Assembly (NCBI GenBank): GCA_964016885.1
Contig: OZ024743.1
Location: forward strand, 29,698,001-29,762,000
Source: Eledone cirrhosa
Taxonomy: Eukaryota
DNA: 64,000 nt
Reading direction: 5' to 3'
This document shows positions 56,220 to 64,000 of the stretch, one piece after another. Position 1 is the stretch's first letter. The number at the start of each line of letters is the position of its first letter. The position numbers were made by a program, and so were the translations under genes. Below the pieces are notes generated by a model. It was not told where the DNA came from, did no database searches, and worked only from the letters and a program-made list of their open reading frames with translations.

Positions 56220-56430
56220 AGGCTTTGTTTACAAACAGCTAGTGAATTTGAAGATTACGTAGTAATATGTGCTTCCGCTGTATTTGACTAAATAAAATTA
56301 GTCTGTTAGTTGGGATTAAAAATACCCCTCTGAATGGAAAAAAGGATGAGTATTGACGTACATGGGACACGAACCCACCTTTGTGATTTGGCGAACCGAT
56401 GTGTTACTATTATACCAACACGCCACCTAT
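56220..56430 (-). mobile_element. tRNA-derived SINE, third type
   Basis: Minus strand ggcgtgttggtataatagtaacac (A box-like) ... gggttcgtgtccc (B box). Confidence 0.5.
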
Positions 56431-56615
56431 TTTGTTATATAGCTTCTAATTGAATGGAAGGAGCTATATGTGTGGGTATGTGCGAGCGTGTCTGTATGTG
56501 TCTGTCTACCTGCAGACACGCTCACACATATTCACACATATACCTTCCTCCATTCAATTGTATATGTCTTTCTACCTGCACATACACACACACACGCATA
56601 TTTATGTATGTATGT

Positions 56616-56647
<32 letters not shown>

Positions 56648-57819
56648 GGGTGTGTGTGTGAGTCTCTGTGTGTGTGTGTGCTCCGATCTGTTTTGCATTC
56701 AATGTGTCAATGTGATATAGCATTCCAAACATTAGTTTATTAACACTCTCGTCGAGTCTGGCTAAATTCATCTCCTGATGTATTTTACAAATTATAAATT
56801 ATTTTTGTTTTGTTTCTTCTATTTTCATACTACCAGCAACAGAAATGGAGTCAATACGTTTTTAACATTACATATAATTTCAAAATTTCAATATAAAGTA
56901 CCCATGTTAGTAGATCCATCAGTATTGCATTACACGCACTCGCCTATCTTCTTGGACTTTGATGTCTGAATTGTCATCGATCTATATCTTTTGACTATAC
57001 AAATTTTATAATTCGAAAAAATATTAGAGCTTTGCATAAGTATGTACTTTTCTTAGTCTTTTTGTCTATCGTAGTTTGCGTTGGTTTCCAACAATATGAT
57101 AAGAATGGGAACTTAGAGTACCCCTCACTGTTTCTGCAGTATGTCTTTGAGAGTATCACATTTGCAGCAGTTCTTTGTAATTTCTTTTGCTATGTAGCGT
57201 GAAATCGACCCTCGTTAATCAGACCTATAATCGAAGTTATTTTTTCCTCCATGTCCAACTAATTATATATATTTTAATATTCGAACACATTAACCATTGT
57301 GTCTACTCATCTTTTAAAAACTATACGGTGTAATTTGAATAACGCTGATCGCTATGACTGGCAGGTAATCGATCACATAGTGGTTTGCTTATTGTTAGAT
57401 GTATCTATATAATTGTGCTTCTCCATACCTAGGAAAAAGAATCGAAGTGGTATCAAATGTTTTCGACTTTCGGTCTCCTACAAAATGCAAGAAATACAGC
57501 CTGAAAAAGGATATTGATATATTCTAAATTCCAAAATGTGTACACCCTCCCTGGAATACCATGTCTATGCACAACCTTCTTTAGAAAATAGAACTACTAT
57601 AAATTACTAATACGAAACATTACGACAGTACCACTACAGCACACTGATTTAAGAGTGCAAATGTTATGGATCATCACCGATTAAATCATTGAGCAAGCCA
57701 GATTTCTATACTCATTAAATCATCAGATACAAATAGTGCTGCCGCTGTTGTTATTGTGTTGTCACATCAATCAGTTGAATCATAACATTTGCTGATTTTT
57801 TTTTCCATATTATTATCTC

Positions 57820-58020
57820 GGCTGTGGATTGTCAGAATTGTTAGAACACCGGAGAAAATACTTTGCAGGATTTAGTTACGTACTGAGTTTAAATGTCACA
57901 AAGGTTAACTTTCTTTTTAATTCTATCTGTGTCGATAAAATAAATTACCTGCTAATTATTGGGACCGATATAATCTACTTCTCACTGAACATCGCTGGTA
58001 CTGTGTCTAAATTAGAAGCT
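57820..58020 (+). mobile_element. Degenerate SINE family 1
   Basis: ggattgtcagaat...tgagtttaaat...aggttaacttt...gtcgataaaataaa. Confidence 0.6.
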
Positions 58021-58734
58021 ACTATCTCTTCTGGTACTAGGGCGAAAGGCCGAGGTTATGACTTATTGCCTTTCATCCTACTGGAGTCAGTAAAAATAAC
58101 ATTTCAGTCAAGCCAACGGCCAATATATGCTACTCTCCTTCTCTCTTCAGTTCCTGACCATATGCTTCAATAAAAACAACAACAACAACAGTACTGGCGT
58201 TACGGCTACTTTCTCTAGTGTTACTCTAGCGTTACTTCTATCGTAGCGAAAATCTCTTCTTCGTTGTTAACAGGGATTTTGTTTACATAGATACAGGAGT
58301 CACAGATAGACAATACTATATTAATTGAATAAAGAAATCAAGTAAAATATTTTTGTGATAATTATTCAATTATTTTGAGTCATATTTCTTCTTTATTTAT
58401 GTCATACTTATTGTGTGGACTGTACATTATATATAATTCTTGTTTTCTGATGCAATAGCTACTTTAATTTGATTTATTTTACTTGTTTTGTTATGTAATA
58501 TATCTATTATATATTTTGTGGTATTATTTGAATCGTCCATTCGATGTTGGAGACTCCTTCATAATATTGTCCCTTTTATTAAAATAAACCATTTGTCTCG
58601 TTATTATGCCTTTGGTCATAATTACGAAATATTTCACTGAACACTACTTGATAACAGCATAGGAATGGATGAGATAACTACTAAAGAAACATTAGAAATA
58701 CTGTGGAAACCCAATTTTTAAAAGAATAGATTTT

Positions 58735-58839
58735 CAATTTCTGTTTTCCCCCGTAGTTTTCTATCAAGCTATATTGTTTATGTTATAAGATAGAAATAAA
58801 AGAACTGCTTAGAAAACTACGGGGAAACAATAGAAATTG
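58735..58839. repeat. Imperfect inverted repeat
   Basis: caatttctgttttcccccgtagttttcta / tagaaaactacggggaaacaatagaaattg. Confidence 0.65.
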
Positions 58840-59902
58840 GAAAGCTATCACTGCAAAACAATTTTGCTATTTGATGTGATACTTGTTCAGAACATCGCAA
58901 TACAGAAAATATCTGGTATAGATAATATACAAAAATCATTAGTTGCCGTTAATATATTGCACATATTACACAATCAGATAGTGCCTATTTTCCACAACCG
59001 TTAGGATAATCTCCAAGTAAAGATGATTTAACTCAATGCCAACAATTCGTAAACTATATTCTGAAGCATTATATAGTATTTGTTAGAGACTATATACAAA
59101 ATTAAGCTTTAGAAAATGTTGTTATGATACGAACCTACGGCGTATTTTCGTATCATATTTACTATGAAATGCGAATCCAATGACCATACTCTCTCTCTCC
59201 ATCACGCTCGACCATATGGTGGTGATCTAGAATTTTCACGGATCTACTTCTCACACTACATATTTCACTATGAACAATTTAAATAGCCACCCGTTGACTG
59301 TTATTTTACTACAATAATTCAATGTAATCATATAATTAAAGCTTATAACTGATTATAATCTAAACAATGGTTTGTTTTGTTTGACTTATCATTCCAAACT
59401 TTGTAGATTCAAACCTCCAGACCAAGGTACATACATTCATTATCGATTTAAGCTTTTACATTCATATAGAGTAATATAGCTTAACTCGTATTGCACTGAA
59501 TAGAGTAAAGATACGAATATATATGTATTTATAATCTCTCAGATTTTAAAACTGAAAACGAGATAATGACCTATAAATTCTTTTGACGCGTTAGACGATT
59601 TTTCTTCGCTTTCCTCTACATTGCATAAGTGGTCTGAAGTTTATTTGTTTTCACTTCCGTCTTTCGTTTCTATTTTATTCCTTTACAGATCTATATCTCT
59701 ATACAAGTGTGTTTGAATTTATACCTCATTTATCAAAAATCGAAGTAAATGTTGGTACTCTCACACCAGGAAAATACATTTTTTCTAACACAGTATTCAG
59801 TGGACTATTCAAATTAATCGACATGTGTTGCCATTTGGCCCACGACGGTACATATAAATTCCATTCCCCCTTCACACGCACACGCACATGCACACGCATA
59901 TC

Positions 59903-59997
<95 letters not shown>

Positions 59998-60454
59998 CTG
60001 CGGGTATGTGTGTAATGTAGATTGATAGCTGTAGAAGGACGTTTAGTCCGGACAGTAGTGTGGGAGAGAAGGAATATGAGAGAGAAACATAATGTTGAAT
60101 GAGCCACCTTGTTATTTCTACTGCTGGCTTACAGTGGTTATTAGAAAAACAACTTTGCCAATACCATGTCCTCACCGTTCTAGTGTATATTCAAACGTAT
60201 TTGGGAAATTCAATTTTTTAATCTCCTTTGTCTTGTAACAATTGCTTTAAACGAACACATGTACCTCTTGTGTTAACATAGACGGGTTAACTGTAAACAT
60301 CTGTTTATGAATAGTTTCTGATATTCAGTAGTATATTATTTCAGAAAATATTAGCCAAGTTAGTTTATACGTTTTATTATCGTGAAAAGGAAATATTATA
60401 TCGTACATGTATATTTCTTTTTGTGCAGAACTAATATTTTATTTGAAATATGAT

Positions 60455-61315
60455 GGAGGCGCGGCGTGGCACAGAGCCACAACCCGATTGTCGGAGCAAC
60501 ACGACGGGTACATCTTAATCGAAACTTGAGCAGATGTGTGCAGCCATTCAGGAGCACTTTACTCAAATGTTCGGGTGCGGTGGCGGGCTGAATCGCGGAA
60601 TGGACTGCAATCTCTAACTCGACGGCATCGGTGGAGGGGTGCTGCGAAAGAGCGATAACAGCCGCTGAAAAACGGAAGGCAATGATTTCCGAGGGGTAAG
60701 TCGTCTGGATTAGTTGGTTTGTCCTACGAGATTTACGTACATATGCCAGACTTATTCAGTGACCTCTCAGCGGATGTGTAGTACAACAGGCAGCAAAACG
60801 GGAGAATTCCAATTTCCGTGAGACGAGTAGTGGCACAAGAATGGGCCCAAGCAAGAGGTATACATAGATCATTTGAGGCCTATCACTCTGCTGAACGCAG
60901 AGTTCAGAATTTTGGCCAAGTTATTAGCGACGATGTTGGCGCAGGACGTTTTTGTCTGGTTGGTGGGGTACAAGTATACGCCATTTTAGCCATGACCAAT
61001 TAGCAATGCATTTGCTAAAGTGGTTGAAGGTGGCAAGAATGGCCAGTGAGAATGGGTATATTTTGAACTGTAGGATGAATGATTTGAAGAGGGGAGGTTT
61101 GTGCTTCCCGGATGCTCTCGAGGCGTCTCGATTGGTGGTTTATTGAGTCGTCCCTTTTTGGTTCTTTCCCCCTATTGAGGAATTTATTTTGTAATATTTT
61201 TATTGTGAATTGTTTTTGTGAATTCGTTTTTACTTGATTTTATTGCAAAACTCCACTCTCCCTGTCTGTTTGTATTGTCCCTTACATGTCGGCCCTGGAG
61301 GCCTATAAATGAAAC
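60455..61315 (+). mobile_element. L1/Tx1-like LINE relic with internal deletion
   Basis: GKSSGLVGLSYEIY and LRPITLLNAEFRILAKLLA (early RT motifs) run almost directly into a 3' end homologous to 6295-6610. Confidence 0.7.
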
Positions 61316-61356
61316 CAGTTTTATTAATATTTTTTAATGTCGGTTATTATTATTAA

Positions 61357-61575
61357 GAGTGGTGAATTAGCAGTATCGGTGGAGGGTCGGACGCCATGCT
61401 TTCCAGCATAGTTGCGCCCCTTTACGGTCTGAGTTGAAATCCCGTCTAGGTTAACTTTGCCTTTCATCCTTACGGGATCGATAAAATAAAGTACCCGTAA
61501 CTCACTGGGGTCGAGTTAATCGACTCTACTCTCCTTATAATTGCTGGCCTTGTGCCTAATGTAGAAACAATTATT
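61357..61575 (+). mobile_element. SINE family 1, longer variant
   Basis: Head, body and tail match. Confidence 0.88.
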
Positions 61576-62359
61576 AAAAATTACATATGACCCCGATGTC
61601 TATGCATATGTAATCTCATTTTCCATAATCAATCAATATCCATCAAAGCTAGTCAAAACACACAGTAGCGAAATAGAGTTTTACTTTAAATGGCAGAATA
61701 ATAGATTTTGTTAACTGGAAATGTCAATTGTGCAAATACATAGTAAGGAACAGTTCAAATCAGGTTAGGTACCAACGGAATACCCCCAGAAATCAGTGCA
61801 AATATAAAGGATATATACTTATCATTATTCGACTATAATATAATATGACTTACTATATTCAATTGTTATAATTCTACTAGAAAATCGTTGGATTTTACAT
61901 GAAAGGATCTTACTCGAGGAGGACGCAAATACACACACTAAGAGTTTAATGCATATCAGTGAAAAAAGAATAGACTTTGCTATTATTCCTCTAAAAGTAG
62001 ATTAATAGACAAATGCTTCAATATTAAATATCATTCATGCGAGCGAAATGTGTTGTGATGAACAAGGTAGTTTATCGGTTGACTGAATCTCGAAATTACT
62101 TCTCAAACCAATACAAGGAATCTGTAATGCATGATAACCTTACTTCTGGAGAAGTTGACATCAACGTAAGTCATGTATTATATGTTACTATGTTGACTGA
62201 CGTACAGATTATATTAATATCTGCCAAATAACATTTATTCAGCCGACACTTTCCGTAGTGTGACATATTCGGATTTCATTGCAGAAAATTAAATACATAT
62301 TTGTAAAAAAAAAATCCTATATTTGGTGACAGAGCATAATACATTATTTTTCGTCTTAT

Positions 62360-62546
62360 TGGTGGATTGGCAGTATCGGTAGAGGGTTGGACGCCATGCT
62401 TTCCAGCATAGTTACGTCCCTTTACTATCTGAGTTCAAATCCCGCCGAGGTTGGCTTTGCCTTTCATCCTTACGGGGGTCGATAAAATAAAGTACCAGTA
62501 ATGCACTGGGATAATTGCTGACCTTGTGCCAAAAGTAGAAACAATT
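62360..62546 (+). mobile_element. SINE family 1 with target-site duplication
   Basis: attatttttcgtcttatt on both sides. Confidence 0.9.
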
Positions 62547-62730
62547 ATTTTTCGTCTTATTGCTTTCACCTTGAAATTTTGGCAGCTCTCACTTCCTCCT
62601 CTCTATCTCTTTCTGTGGTCTTTCTTTCTCTATATATATCGGTTGAATTGTTACTTGGAAGAATTTGGTTTTGGGCTGGTTGGAAAGATTTGAGAGACAA
62701 ACTCGAACCATCTTGTTGCAGGATGACCAT

Positions 62731-63075
62731 TGTGAAGGTATATGCCTTAGTGGTTAGAGCATTTATCTTGCAAACGGAAGGTTGTGACTTCGATTCTCGG
62801 ATCGGGTGATGCGTTGTGTCCTGGAACAAGTCACTTTATTTTACGTTGCTCCAGTTTACTCAGTTGTAGAAATGAGTTGCGACATCACTAGTGTCAAGCT
62901 GTATCGGCCATTGCCTTCCTTTGGACACCATCAGTGACGTGGAGAGGGGAGACTTTTATGCATGGGCGACTCCTGGTCTTCCACAAACAGCCTTGCTCAG
63001 ACTTGTGCCTCAGAGGGAAACTTTCTACGTGCAAATTCTAAGGTCATTCGTGACTGAAGCGGGTCTTTACACTTT
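62731..63075 (+). mobile_element. tRNA-derived SINE, family 2
   Basis: gccttagtggttagagc (A box), acttcgattc (B box), then ttgtgtcctggaacaagtcactt; ends at (TA)n. Confidence 0.75.
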
Positions 63076-64000
63076 ACATATATATATATATATAGAATGA
63101 GAAAGAGCGAAATAGTTTCAGATGTTAAAGTCCTTTAATGATAATGCTGTGATGCATATTTCAATGGCGACAGTGGCCCCACGGTTCCATGCGCCAGTGA
63201 CGCGACATCGTCAGACAGCTTGTTACATAATAAGATTAAGTTTCCGAGGCAATCCAAATTGAATCGACATGGGAACGGACAAAGCGTGTGCTCTTGATTT
63301 CTTCGTTCCCTTGTGAGTACCAATTCACCCCCACCGGTCTGCGCAGGCACAGGCCCGAAGGAAGTTGACCATCAACTAACGCAGATTTCTACGAAACTCA
63401 CCTAGGCAGTTACCCCTCTCAACCAAACAATGACCCATCCAGGCCTGTAATATGACACGATTATAGTTTCCTGCTAGCCACCTTGTTAGTGGCAATCGTC
63501 CGAAAGCTAGTGGGGTTGGGAGAGTATGAGTATCAATAGGTCTCAATACTACCCTAAATTAAGCATGGACAGTAGAATTGACAATCAACCTCTAAAAGAA
63601 TATATACTTATTTCTAGGTATTATGGTTTCACATTGGAAATTATAAATGAGAGTTGGAAATTAAAACTAAAAATTAAAAATCAAAAGTCAGAAATCAAAA
63701 GTGAAAAAAATTACAAGTTAGAATCTAGATTGGAGTGAGTAAACAAATATATGCACATATAATAACTAATAAATAGGGAGATGTTTAAGTAAGAAGTTTT
63801 GAAAGGGGATCAATGTTACAGATATATTATCTACATACTGAACGATAGTACCGTACAATAGAACGGAGGGTAAATTATTACAGTATGAAGGTAGTAGTTA
63901 GGCGAATACATAGTTAGTATTTCTATCACATGGAACAAAATCAGAAAAAAATACAGATATTAAATACACAAAAAAAAATACATACAATACATATATGCAA

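Noticed and set aside
63402-63444. Minus-strand micro-exon (tacag...ag/gtgagt)
   Set aside because: Weak pyrimidine tract, no partner exons and no recognisable peptide.

Overview
AT-rich, repeat-dominated animal DNA. The SINE families and microsatellite load resemble an octopod/cephalopod genome (inference). I found no convincing host gene, and nearly all ORFs in the supplied track are microsatellite artefacts. The window holds about 13 copies of one tRNA-derived SINE, two other SINE types, degenerate LINE fragments (R4/Dong-like, RTE-like, L1/Tx1-like), Helitrons and a MITE. The main signal is a dense set of Penelope-like elements (PLEs) and PLE-derived non-coding elements inserted in (TA)n tracts. 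Five fragments encode a GIY-YIG endonuclease, three of them with the CxCx5C linker of the Hydra-type clade, and one relic retains the RT. About 14 distinct sequence families carry a type I hammerhead ribozyme (HHR), read by eye. Several HHRs have an unusually long stem II (about 60-100 nt), three families share a compensatory U3-A8 core pair, and four have U4C. Most copies fold back into inverted repeats, often at or inside the ribozyme. All structures and homologies were judged by eye, so boundaries are approximate, and literature is recalled from memory, not checked.
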